Assembly: GCA_043827025.1 (NCBI GenBank)
Contig: JBDRPL010000006.1
Coordinates: forward strand, 1-64,000
Length of the DNA stretch: 64,000 nucleotides
Direction: 5' to 3'
DNA from: Candidatus Micrarchaeota archaeon
Lineage (GTDB): Archaea > Micrarchaeota > Micrarchaeia > Anstonellales > Bilamarchaeaceae
Shown piece after piece: positions 1 to 9,123 of the stretch. Each line of letters starts with the position of its first letter. Position 1 is the first letter of the stretch. The notes beneath the pieces are model-generated. The model ran no database searches and had not been told where the DNA came from. It worked only from the letters and a program-made list of their open reading frames with translations. Position numbers and translations under genes: made by a program.

Positions 1-849
1 ACTGACAAATGTTTCGTGAACAAGACTACGAATATTATGTGGATCAACATCCCTCACTTTTCAGGTTCTGATGCAACTGTAAAGGGGACCTCAGTGCCTG
101 GAGCGACATATTCCCACACATCAGAGACTTCAACAAAAGTACTTGGAACAAGTATTGAGGTCGCATGTGTTGACAGGTCAATAACATTAAATATAGACAA
201 AACAGACTCGGTTGTGAGGGTCGTTTCGACAGATTACCTGCAATCTTATGAAATGACATTAGAGGGTGGTAAATTCAGAAAAACAGGACTTGATAATGGA
301 GAGTATTATGTGATAGCAACAAGGAGCGGGTATAAGCAGTATAAAGAAAAAGTGACAGTCAACTGTGATGAAACCACCGTAGCGGAAGTTCTGCCCGAGC
401 CAGTTGTAATTGAAATAGAAGAAACCCCACCGACAGAACTGGGAGAGCAGGAACAGACTGTTGTAGAGGATAAGGCTATTGCAATGGAAAACACAAAAAC
501 AGCTATCGATAATGCAAATGCTGCAATCAAAAAGGCAGAATCGGAAAAAAGAACAGTAGGAATTGAAATTGCCAAGCAAAAGATAGAAGCTGCTGCATCA
601 GCATTCAATGCAAAGAACTATGAATATGGAAAAACATTGGCAGAAGAAGCCACTATTCTTGCAAACAACGCCCTAGCCCCAGCAACGAAGCCAGTTGAGA
701 CACCTACTCCAAAAATAGCGAATGCCCCCGCAAAGTCGGAGCCTATGGCACAAGGCATGGGTGGCATCCTTTTAATGTTGGGAGTGGGTGCAGTCCTACT
801 GGTTGTTCTTGTCGGGGCTTATTTTGTGATGAAAAGTAAGAAGAAATAG
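1..849 (+). CDS. Cell-surface protein, 5'-truncated (beta-rich domain, helical linker, C-terminal membrane anchor)
   Basis: Frame is open from base 1; ends in a hydrophobic helix followed by KSKKK. Confidence 0.6.
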   Translation, partial: TDKCFVNKTTNIMWINIPHFSGSDATVKGTSVPGATYSHTSETSTKVLGTSIEVACVDRSITLNIDKTDSVVRVVSTDYLQSYEMTLEGGKFRKTGLDNGEYYVIATRSGYKQYKEKVTVNCDETTVAEVLPEPVVIEIEETPPTELGEQEQTVVEDKAIAMENTKTAIDNANAAIKKAESEKRTVGIEIAKQKIEAAASAFNAKNYEYGKTLAEEATILANNALAPATKPVETPTPKIANAPAKSEPMAQGMGGILLMLGVGAVLLVVLVGAYFVMKSKKK

Positions 850-922
850 CATTTCACTTACTTCTTTCATTTTTTCTCAGTTTTTGAATAGATTTAAAAA
901 GATTGGAATATGATAGAACAAT

Positions 923-1546
923 ATGGGCATGCTCGAAAACTTTTCACTTCTCAAGAGATACGGCTTCAAACTCATTCCATATGCACTTGCCAAATCTGAA
1001 AAGGAAGCTGAGCAAATTGCAGAAAAATTAGGGTATCCAGTCGTACTGAAAGTAGTTTCTGATGAAATAGAGCATAAAACAGATTTTGGCGGGGTCAAAG
1101 TAGGGATAAGGAACAAGGAAACTTTGAAGCTCGCATATGGTGAAATAGTTGAAAGCACAAGAAAATATAAAATAAATGGCATCCTTGTGCAAAAAATGGC
1201 AAGAAAAGGAATTGAACTGATAATTGGTGGAAAGAAAGATCCCCAGTTCGGACACATGATTGTCCTTGGGCTTGGAGGAATATATGTTGAAATTTTTAGA
1301 GATGTAACTGCAAGAATATGCCCAATAAATAAGAAAGATGTTGAGGAAATGTTATTGGAATTGAAATCCCATCCAATTCTGGTCGGTGTAAGGGGCAAAA
1401 AACCAATAAACATGCCATCATTGACAACCCTACTTATTAAAACAAGCCAATTCATGCAAAAAGAGAATATAAAAGAAATAGATCTCAATCCTGTTGTTTT
1501 TGATTCTAAAGGTTGCGATATTATTGATGTGCGGTTCAGTAAATAA
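923..1546 (+). CDS. acdB: ADP-forming acetate/acyl-CoA ligase beta subunit (ATP-grasp)
   Basis: GYPVVLKV, HKTDFGGV, GLGGIYVE and EIDLNPV motifs; TATA (TTTAAAAA) about 22 nt upstream. Confidence 0.85.
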   Translation: MGMLENFSLLKRYGFKLIPYALAKSEKEAEQIAEKLGYPVVLKVVSDEIEHKTDFGGVKVGIRNKETLKLAYGEIVESTRKYKINGILVQKMARKGIELIIGGKKDPQFGHMIVLGLGGIYVEIFRDVTARICPINKKDVEEMLLELKSHPILVGVRGKKPINMPSLTTLLIKTSQFMQKENIKEIDLNPVVFDSKGCDIIDVRFSK

Positions 1547-1734
1547 GAGTTAACAACAAAACTCAAAACACCAAACCCAAGACAGTAGTATAGACCCCAT
1601 ACTTCTACTATTATTTGTCCCGTATAATAATAAAAATATAATGATATAATGTAACTATAGATACATTCTATTCATTCTTATTTCATTTTTTATATTATAT
1701 AAAAATAATAGTGGAACTGAGGGGTAGTGCTCCT

Positions 1735-3357
1735 CTATTCATAACAAAATTCGCAGATATAAACAGGAAACTCTACTCCAAACTCATTCAACAACATTTT
1801 TTTATCTACTTTCCCAACAATTCCTTTAGGTTTTTGTTTGGACAGAGTCTCAGATCCTTTTGGAAGAGATGTTTTTATCTCACCACACTCCTCAATTTCA
1901 AAGACCTTACTTTTCACTATTGATTTTTGCAGGTAGAAATTAATCCTCTTTTCAAACATCAATGTTTGTAAGTATCCCCTGAATATAGAAAAATCTACTT
2001 TTTTATCCATCACTCCAAATATTATCTTAGTCTTTGTTTTTCCATCCTCATAAATCTGTCCAACTTCATATATTTTTTGTGGCAAGCCTCTTATTCTGTT
2101 GGTTGAAAATACCTCCAAAATATCTGTAATCAAATTGTTTCTTATAACTTGGAAGTCTTCTGTACATGGATTCAGTACTTCTTTTAATTTTCCATCTGTG
2201 CTTAACATTGCCCTTTGCCTATTCTTTAAGATATATGTTCTTATCTCATCAAATCCCATACCTCTCAATATCTCATGTTCTTCACTATAACTGTCAACCA
2301 ATTCCCCTTTACTGAAGAAATTGGGCAAACTTGGTTCAAAATCATTATATCCATATGCAATAGCAACATCTTCAATCAAATCCACTTGGTGGATTATATC
2401 TGCCCTGTAACACGGAATCAAAACCTTGTTCTTCTCAACTCCATAACCCATTCTTTCAAGATATTTCTTCATCTCTGTTGCAGTTATTTCTGTTCCAAGT
2501 ATTTTATTCACATATTTCAAGTTCAGATTCATTTTCTTTGGTTCTAGTTTAGGGTAACTTTCCGGTTTCTTTCCATCGACGACTGTTACTGTATGTATTT
2601 CCCCACCAGCATCGGCATATGTACAGCAGATGATGTTCAGTGCAACAGTGATGGTGTTCTTGTCAGTGCCTGTGACTTCAACAAACACTTTTTTTGTTTC
2701 AGTAGTTACCTTTCCAGTTTCCTGCGAATTGACTATTGGAATGAGACACATTATTTTTTTGTTTCCGTCAAGGAAAACAGGGTATCTTTCTGCCTTTGCC
2801 AGCAGGTGACCGTACTCAGCTCCTTTAGGGTGTTTTGCAAGTATCTCTTTTGCAGTTGCTTCATGCGGGTAATTCAATGGGTGGTATTTGATATCCTCTG
2901 GTTTCATTGTGGTATAACTAACAGGAAAAACTATGTTTTCAAGGGGATAGAACCCAATCCCGAATTTTTTCCCTTTTCGACCAAGTGTTGCATTCAACTT
3001 ATCTTGTAGTTGGACCATGTTTTCTATTTCTTTATCATCAAACCTAATTCCTTTGATTACTGCACAAACAGTATGTGGTCTGATTTTTTTGACGCTTGGA
3101 TCAACATAAACTTTATGGTCTGATTTTTTGGCCAAGTACTCTTTCAGTCCGATTTCTTTTCCAAGATATGATTTAATTGCACGAACAATCCCTTCTTTTG
3201 AAAACAAGTCCGGCCTATTCGGTGTGAGTTCTATGATTATCTTCCCTTCTTTCTCTTCAGAGGGTGCACCTATTCCGCTCAACGTTTCGACCATCTCTTC
3301 TTTCGAAAGATCGACCTGTTCCTTCAATTCCGAATAATCAAACTCAACCACAGCCAT
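1735..3357 (-). CDS. pheT: Phenylalanyl-tRNA synthetase beta subunit (archaeal type)
   Basis: TPNRPDL, B3/4 domain, YRADIIHQVDLIEDVAIAYGY (B5). Confidence 0.95.
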   Translation of the reverse strand: MAVVEFDYSELKEQVDLSKEEMVETLSGIGAPSEEKEGKIIIELTPNRPDLFSKEGIVRAIKSYLGKEIGLKEYLAKKSDHKVYVDPSVKKIRPHTVCAVIKGIRFDDKEIENMVQLQDKLNATLGRKGKKFGIGFYPLENIVFPVSYTTMKPEDIKYHPLNYPHEATAKEILAKHPKGAEYGHLLAKAERYPVFLDGNKKIMCLIPIVNSQETGKVTTETKKVFVEVTGTDKNTITVALNIICCTYADAGGEIHTVTVVDGKKPESYPKLEPKKMNLNLKYVNKILGTEITATEMKKYLERMGYGVEKNKVLIPCYRADIIHQVDLIEDVAIAYGYNDFEPSLPNFFSKGELVDSYSEEHEILRGMGFDEIRTYILKNRQRAMLSTDGKLKEVLNPCTEDFQVIRNNLITDILEVFSTNRIRGLPQKIYEVGQIYEDGKTKTKIIFGVMDKKVDFSIFRGYLQTLMFEKRINFYLQKSIVKSKVFEIEECGEIKTSLPKGSETLSKQKPKGIVGKVDKKMLLNEFGVEFPVYICEFCYE

Positions 3358-4735
3358 TTTTCATCCTCTCTTTTGATCCTCTCTTATCTCTTCCGTATTT
3401 TGTTGGATATTCCTCATTCAAACACCCTGTGCAAAGTGGAAGGTCTATGGCCCTCTTCAAACCATCTATTGAAAGGTATCCAAGACTGTCAACGCCAAGG
3501 TACTTCCTTATTTCCTCTATTGATTTGTTATGTGCAATTAGTTCGCTGTATGTGGACATGTCTACACCATAATAGCACGGTGCTTTTATAGGTGGAGACG
3601 TTATTCTCAGATGCACTTCCTTTGCTCCCGCTGCACGGACCATTCCAATTATCTCCTTAAGCGTTGTGCCTCTGACTATACTGTCATCAACAAGCACAAC
3701 TCTCTTTCCAACTATGACTTCCTTCACAAGATTCAGTTTTAGTCGGACTGCTTCAGCCCTTTTTTCCTGCGAAGGCATGATGAATGTCCTTCCAATATAA
3801 CGGTTTTTTATGAACCCTTCCTCATACCTCATTCCCAGTTTTTCAGCATAACTCTGGCCTGCAGTTCTTGCAGTGTCTGGTATAGGAATAACTACATCTG
3901 CATCCACTGGCTGTTCCTTTGCAAGTTCGTCACCTAGTTTTTTTCTTGCTTCAAAAACACTTCTGCCATTTATGATTGAATCTGGCCTTGAGAAATATAC
4001 ATATTCAAACATGCACATGTATGGTTCTTTGCTGTTCAGCGTCTTTTTTGTAACTTGTTTTGTCTTATTGTCAATTATTACTATTTCTCCACCCTTGACA
4101 TCTCCATTTAATGTCACCCCGTTGATGTCCAATGCAACGGATTCTGATGCGAAGCAGATATAATCTTCATTTTCACCCCACACGAGTGGCCTTATGGAAT
4201 GGGGGTCTCTGAAAACTACTAATGAATCATTCAATATTCCTGCAGCAGAATAGCTGCCATCAACTTCATCAAGGGTTGTTTTAACTGCCTTTTCAATATT
4301 AGTTTTTTCCTTATGCAGGAAATAAAGCAGCACTTCGGAGTCCACCCTACTCATAAATTTATATCCTTTATCTTCAAGTTCTTTTCTTAGTCTATCATAT
4401 GCTGAAATGTGCCCATTATGAGCAACACTCACGTTATCATAAACAAGTGGCTGTATGTCACATTCATGGCATCTTCCTGTTGTAGGGTATCTAGTATGGC
4501 CTATGCCAATTTCTGCCTCAATTTTCAAATCTTCTTCCTTGAATACGTCACTCACAAGGCCAAGCCCTCTTATTTGATTTAACTCCTTGTTTTTCTGTTG
4601 AACTACCATTCCAGTTGCATCCTGGCCTCTGTGTTGCAATGCAATAAGTGCATTGTATAAGGCAGGTGTCACACTCTTGCCTTTCTTTGAGATGATGCCG
4701 ACTACGCCGCACTCTTCTTTCTTTTCAACAAGCAT
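3344..4735 (-). CDS. purF: Amidophosphoribosyltransferase
   Basis: EECGVVG propeptide/catalytic Cys, LQHRGQD, VLVDDSIVRGTT, Fe-S Cys motif CTGC. Confidence 0.97.
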   Translation of the reverse strand: MLVEKKEECGVVGIISKKGKSVTPALYNALIALQHRGQDATGMVVQQKNKELNQIRGLGLVSDVFKEEDLKIEAEIGIGHTRYPTTGRCHECDIQPLVYDNVSVAHNGHISAYDRLRKELEDKGYKFMSRVDSEVLLYFLHKEKTNIEKAVKTTLDEVDGSYSAAGILNDSLVVFRDPHSIRPLVWGENEDYICFASESVALDINGVTLNGDVKGGEIVIIDNKTKQVTKKTLNSKEPYMCMFEYVYFSRPDSIINGRSVFEARKKLGDELAKEQPVDADVVIPIPDTARTAGQSYAEKLGMRYEEGFIKNRYIGRTFIMPSQEKRAEAVRLKLNLVKEVIVGKRVVLVDDSIVRGTTLKEIIGMVRAAGAKEVHLRITSPPIKAPCYYGVDMSTYSELIAHNKSIEEIRKYLGVDSLGYLSIDGLKRAIDLPLCTGCLNEEYPTKYGRDKRGSKERMKNGCG

Positions 4736-4821
4736 ATATGTGTATATCTATTGACTGTTTTAAAAAACTAACTAGGCCAACCTGGAGGGAAGTATTCTCT
4801 AGGATTCTGAATCTCCCACAT

Positions 4822-5235
4822 TCAAAGATTCACAGTCTTCATCTGTACTTTCTTGTTCTGTTTCTTTAGCCTAATCTCCAACACTCCGTTGCGATGATCT
4901 GTTTTTACATCACTTATGTTCACATCTTCCGGGAGCGGAATAGTTCTGAAGTAGTTGAGGAACTGCCGTTCCACGTAGTAATATTCTTTTTTCTTGTCTA
5001 TTTCTCGTTTGTCGCTCAGCACAGTCACTACATTTTCCATTACAGTAAGTTTTATCTGGTCCTTTCCGATCCCAGGCATCTCAACATAAAGTATGAGTTC
5101 GTCTTTTGTCCCTTCCATATCAACAAGGGGCACGCGTATTCCAGTATTGTTTTCATCCGCTCCGAAATTTTCCATCATCCTGTCAACAGATCTCTTTATT
5201 CTTAACAAATCCTCATAGGGGGTATACGCGATCAT
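4822..5235 (-). CDS. Small heat-shock protein (Hsp20 family)
   Basis: Alpha-crystallin motifs EMPG, FRTIPLP, NGVLEIRL; start moved to the ATG after an AGGTGA SD. Confidence 0.9.
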   Translation of the reverse strand: MIAYTPYEDLLRIKRSVDRMMENFGADENNTGIRVPLVDMEGTKDELILYVEMPGIGKDQIKLTVMENVVTVLSDKREIDKKKEYYYVERQFLNYFRTIPLPEDVNISDVKTDHRNGVLEIRLKKQNKKVQMKTVNL

Positions 5236-5296
5236 GTTTTCACCTGACTTAATTGACTGTGGCAAATTATAAAAATGTTCTTCATAACAATTAACT

Positions 5297-5767
5297 ATGG
5301 TTTTTACGAAGCACGACTCCTTTGTTAAACAAATAATCATTTATCTGGCCAGAAAGGAGTACGACCTTGCATTTTCCCTTTCAAAAGAATTCGTAATTGC
5401 CTTTCCTGACGACCTTCTTTCTCATTTCCTGTTTGCAAAATCTGCGTTTTGGGTTCATAATTATGCTGTTGCCATAGAGCATGGGCGCATTGCTTTTAAT
5501 ATGTCTAGTGGGCAAGACCTTTTGACCACTGGGCTTCTGCTTTCAAGTTCGTATTATCTTTCAAATGAATTTGCAAAGGGCTACAAAGTCCTTCAATGTA
5601 TTGAATCAGGCCTTCCTGCTTCTGGGCTGAGTGTCGAGTTTGAGCAGCTTATGACCATCTATTTGCTTGCATTCAACAATCCAGAAGGGGCAGCACAGCA
5701 CATCAAGAAACTTTATGATTTGAACAGTAAGTATGCCGAAGATTTCATTGTAAGGTTTTTGGAATAG
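5297..5767 (+). CDS. TPR-like helical repeat protein
   Basis: TPR-like patterns (EYDLAFSL..FPDD..HFLFAKS..YAVAIEH); divergent from hsp20. Confidence 0.55.
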   Translation: MVFTKHDSFVKQIIIYLARKEYDLAFSLSKEFVIAFPDDLLSHFLFAKSAFWVHNYAVAIEHGRIAFNMSSGQDLLTTGLLLSSSYYLSNEFAKGYKVLQCIESGLPASGLSVEFEQLMTIYLLAFNNPEGAAQHIKKLYDLNSKYAEDFIVRFLE

Positions 5768-5968
5768 GTGCTTATAAAATTTGTTGGCGCTTAATCTTTG
5801 AGTTCCTTACCTATAGAGAAAGATCTGCCCAGTGTTCCTGTAGAAGAGATTCAAAGTCCTCTTGAGAGTTAGATAAAACTCTCTAGCTTCGTCTCCCGCC
5901 GTAGTCTTCCTCACCCTGTTTTTAAACCTGTCTCTTTATCATTTATCTTCTAAAACCTAGTGATTACT

Positions 5969-7132
5969 ATGAGAAGAGTTGCAATAATAGGCTGTGGCCT
6001 TTCAAAATTTGATGAACATTGGGAATCTGGCTTCAGGGATCTTGTTGTCAAGGCAGGAACAGAAGCCATAATCGACGCGAATCTGGGCGGAGCTAATATT
6101 GATGCGGGATTTGTAGGTACAATGGCTTCAGGCCGTTTCATAGGCCAGGAACATATAGGTGCATTGCTTGCAGACCAGATGGGGATCATACCTGTTCCAA
6201 TAACCCGGGTCGAAGGTGCCTGTGCATCTGGAGGATTGGCATTAAGGCAGGGGTTCATGGCAGTTGCATCCGGCCTTCATGATATTGTTGTAGTGGGTGG
6301 AGTCGAGAAAATGACTGACCTTGGCGGCAATTTAGTCAGTGATGTCCTTGGGGGTGCAGGTGACCAGGAATGGGAGCTTTTCATGGGCGCAACCTTCCCA
6401 GGTTTGTATGCATTGATGGCTAGAAGGCATATGTATGAATTCGGCACAACAAGCGAACAAATGGCTTCTGTTGCAGTCAAGAATCACAAGTTCGGTTCAA
6501 AGAACAAATATGCTCAATACCAAAATGAAATCACCATTGACACTGTTTTAAAGTCAAAGATGGTTGCAGATCCGCTTCATATGTTTGACTGTTCGCCAGT
6601 TACAGATGGTGCAGCTGCAGTTGTCCTTGCCCCTCTTGATGTTGCAAAGAAATACACAGAAAAACCAATTGAGATTGTTGCAAGTTCGCAGGCAAGCGAC
6701 TTCCTTGCTCTTCATTCCAGGAAATCAATCACAGGTTTGAATGCTACTAAAGTGGCAGCAAAGAAAGCCTATGAAATGGCGGGTGTGAAGCCAACAGACA
6801 TCGACCTTGCAGAAGTCCATGATTGCTTTACAATTGCTGAAATTATGGCAATAGAGGACCTTGGGTTCTTTGAAAAAGGAAAAGGAGGCCCGGCATCCCT
6901 GAACAAAGAGACGGATGTTGGCGGAAAAGTCGTTGTCAATACTTCTGGCGGTTTGAAGGCATGTGGCCACCCAGTTGGTGCAACGGGAGTCAAACAGGCA
7001 GTTGAAATCTCCTGGCAGTTAAGGGGCCAGGCAGGCGAACGACAATTGAAGGATCCTGAAGTTGGCCTAAGCCATAATGTTGGAGGGTCGGGTGCAACAA
7101 CAGTTGTTCATATTTACAAGAAAGGATTTTAG
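5969..7132 (+). CDS. Archaeal acetyl-CoA C-acetyltransferase (thiolase)
   Basis: EGACASGG, EVHDCFT, GHPVGATG and HNVGG motifs. Confidence 0.95.
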   Translation: MRRVAIIGCGLSKFDEHWESGFRDLVVKAGTEAIIDANLGGANIDAGFVGTMASGRFIGQEHIGALLADQMGIIPVPITRVEGACASGGLALRQGFMAVASGLHDIVVVGGVEKMTDLGGNLVSDVLGGAGDQEWELFMGATFPGLYALMARRHMYEFGTTSEQMASVAVKNHKFGSKNKYAQYQNEITIDTVLKSKMVADPLHMFDCSPVTDGAAAVVLAPLDVAKKYTEKPIEIVASSQASDFLALHSRKSITGLNATKVAAKKAYEMAGVKPTDIDLAEVHDCFTIAEIMAIEDLGFFEKGKGGPASLNKETDVGGKVVVNTSGGLKACGHPVGATGVKQAVEISWQLRGQAGERQLKDPEVGLSHNVGGSGATTVVHIYKKGF

Positions 7133-7195
7133 GTGATTATGCATGAGATGGAGAAATTTGAAAAATTTCGACAGAATAAACTTTGGTGAAAATTT

Positions 7196-7597
7196 ATGAG
7201 AGCATCCATTCCATTAACATGGAGAAGAATTCCAGAAAGATACAGAATGATTGGCGTCAGGTGCAACACATGTTCGACGAATTTCTTTCCAACAAGGCTT
7301 ATTTGTCCTAATTGCAGAAGAAAGGGAAAACTCGAACCATTCAAATATTCAGGTGAAGGTGAGATATATTCATTCACAGAAATCGACAGTCCGCCAGAAG
7401 GTTTCGAAGACCAGGCGCCTTATGTGCTTGCCCTTGTCAAATTGAAAGAAGGTGCAACCTTGACAGCACAGATTGTTGATGTGAGAATGAAGGACGTCAA
7501 GATTAGTGACAAGGTGAAGATGGTCTTCAGAGTCATTCAAAAGGATGATCCAGAGGGTTTGATTCATTACGGGTTTAAGTTCAAGCTTGTTGATTGA
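7196..7597 (+). CDS. DUF35 Zn-ribbon/OB-fold thiolase partner
   Basis: CNTC...CPNC ribbon, C-terminal YGFKF; directly follows the thiolase. Confidence 0.93.
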   Translation: MRASIPLTWRRIPERYRMIGVRCNTCSTNFFPTRLICPNCRRKGKLEPFKYSGEGEIYSFTEIDSPPEGFEDQAPYVLALVKLKEGATLTAQIVDVRMKDVKISDKVKMVFRVIQKDDPEGLIHYGFKFKLVD

Positions 7598-7599
7598 CG

Positions 7600-8310
7600 T
7601 CATTCTCTTTCTTCAACAATTATCTTTCCTTTCATATTTGGATAATTCGCAGAGTAATACTCGTAGCTTCCTACCTTGTTGAATGTGATTGAGCTCGTTT
7701 TGCCAACAGCAATGGTTCCTGTGCTGAAACTGGCAGTTCCATCTGTTGCTGATCTTGGGTATTGTGCCTTGTTCGTCCAGGTAATTGTGTCACCTGTTTT
7801 TATTGTGATTTCAGCAGGCTCATAAGCATAATCCTTGACCGCTACCTGATATGTCCCGGATTCTTCTTCAAGGCTACCAGCAATAAAATCAACCCTATCT
7901 GCGATTTTTGGCGAATAAGGATTGCCGTCATTTTGCACCAATTCTACTTCAAGCAGATGCTGGCCTTTTTTGATATTGCTCAGAACATATTGTTTTGAGA
8001 ACACCTCATCCATCTTTACTCCATCCAGATAAATTATGAAATGGCCTTCATTGTTTTTTGGGTTACTACTTCGGGTTATTATTAGGTTTTTTGTACTCAG
8101 TTGGATTGTCACTTCCTTGAATTCCCCAGTATCAACTACCTGTCCTTCTGTTGGCGAAATGATTGAAAAACTCGGCGCAACAACCGGCACCTCTTTTTGT
8201 TCAGTCGTGTTTATGGCTACAGCTTCCTGCGACTTCTGCTCAGCTGAGCCAATACAGCCAAATAAGAAGAAGGCAATAATCAAAACAGTGAAGATATTTC
8301 GTAGACGCAT
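7600..8310 (-). CDS. Lipoprotein with a C-terminal cupredoxin-like domain lacking the copper ligands
   Basis: LLFGC-type lipobox (FLFGC); YEPAEITIKTGDTITWTN...GSYEYY...MKGKIIV. Confidence 0.7.
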   Translation of the reverse strand: MRLRNIFTVLIIAFFLFGCIGSAEQKSQEAVAINTTEQKEVPVVAPSFSIISPTEGQVVDTGEFKEVTIQLSTKNLIITRSSNPKNNEGHFIIYLDGVKMDEVFSKQYVLSNIKKGQHLLEVELVQNDGNPYSPKIADRVDFIAGSLEEESGTYQVAVKDYAYEPAEITIKTGDTITWTNKAQYPRSATDGTASFSTGTIAVGKTSSITFNKVGSYEYYSANYPNMKGKIIVEERE

Positions 8311-8372
8311 ACTCTTTTCTTACTGACCAATGTTTTAAACTCTTTTCAGTCATTATTCTGCTGAGGCAAGCA

Positions 8373-9011
8373 ATGATAAAAGGGATTTTGTTTGATTTTG
8401 ATGGTGTGATAGTCGAGAGTGAACCACTTCACTTAAAATCATTCATTGAACTTCTCAAACCCTTTGGCATAAAATTGACTAAAGAAAGATGGTATGGGGA
8501 GTTTGCAGGGAGCGGAGCAAGAAATATAATGTCAGTCCTTTTCAAGGAAAATCACATTAATGAAGATGTCTATTTTTGGCTCAAGAAAAGAGCAGATTTG
8601 TTTCTTGGATATGCAAAAAAAGGAGAGCTGGAGCCTACAAAAGGACTTTTGGCGTTTCTCCATATCATCAGGGAAAAAGGCATATTGACAACTGTGAGTT
8701 CAAGCGGAAACAGAGATTACATCTCATTTTTGCTAGAACAGCTCAATCTATTGAAATATTTTGATATGCTTGTGACAGTTGAAGATGTAACAAAGAACAA
8801 GCCCGACCCGGAAATTTTTCTTGTCAGCGCAAAGAAATTGGGCCTCAAACCAGATGAATGCCTGGTTGTCGAAGATTCGAAAAACGGAGTCAAGGCAGGA
8901 AAAGCAGCTGGAATGGCTGTGGTGTGTGTAGAATCTCCTGCAAAGATAGATTGTAAATATAAGATAAAGGATTTTACAGGATTTCCGATGGACCTTCTGT
9001 CCAAAAGATAA
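8373..9011 (+). CDS. HAD-superfamily phosphatase (beta-PGM-like)
   Basis: FDFDGV, KPDPEIF, VVEDS..G..AG..AGM motifs. Confidence 0.92.
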   Translation: MIKGILFDFDGVIVESEPLHLKSFIELLKPFGIKLTKERWYGEFAGSGARNIMSVLFKENHINEDVYFWLKKRADLFLGYAKKGELEPTKGLLAFLHIIREKGILTTVSSSGNRDYISFLLEQLNLLKYFDMLVTVEDVTKNKPDPEIFLVSAKKLGLKPDECLVVEDSKNGVKAGKAAGMAVVCVESPAKIDCKYKIKDFTGFPMDLLSKR

Positions 9012-9123
9012 TGTGGAATCATGAATCACCACAGATTCCATCTAATCCAAACATATATATTGGTTTCCTTGTATATTTTTATTACCAGCCTCGTTTTTTC
9101 AAAAGACTGGTGAGAGTATAACT

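Noticed and set aside
1547..1734. AT-rich gap between convergent genes with palindrome TTTTTATAT-T-ATATAAAAA and a small GAGGGG/CTCCTC hairpin
   Set aside because: Low complexity makes chance palindromes likely; no convincing ORF or RNA motif
1825..1880. Apparent insertion of about 12 aa near the PheT C-terminus as a possible coding copy of the palindrome family
   Set aside because: Only weak self-complementarity; cannot be supported without an alignment
5799..5884. 24-codon TTG mini-ORF and GAGAGTT/AACTCTC hairpin before the thiolase promoter
   Set aside because: Too short and no recognisable motif
9084..9114. ACCAG/CTGGT hairpin covering the endA SD as an autoregulatory BHB
   Set aside because: Bulges do not fit the 3-4-3 BHB geometry
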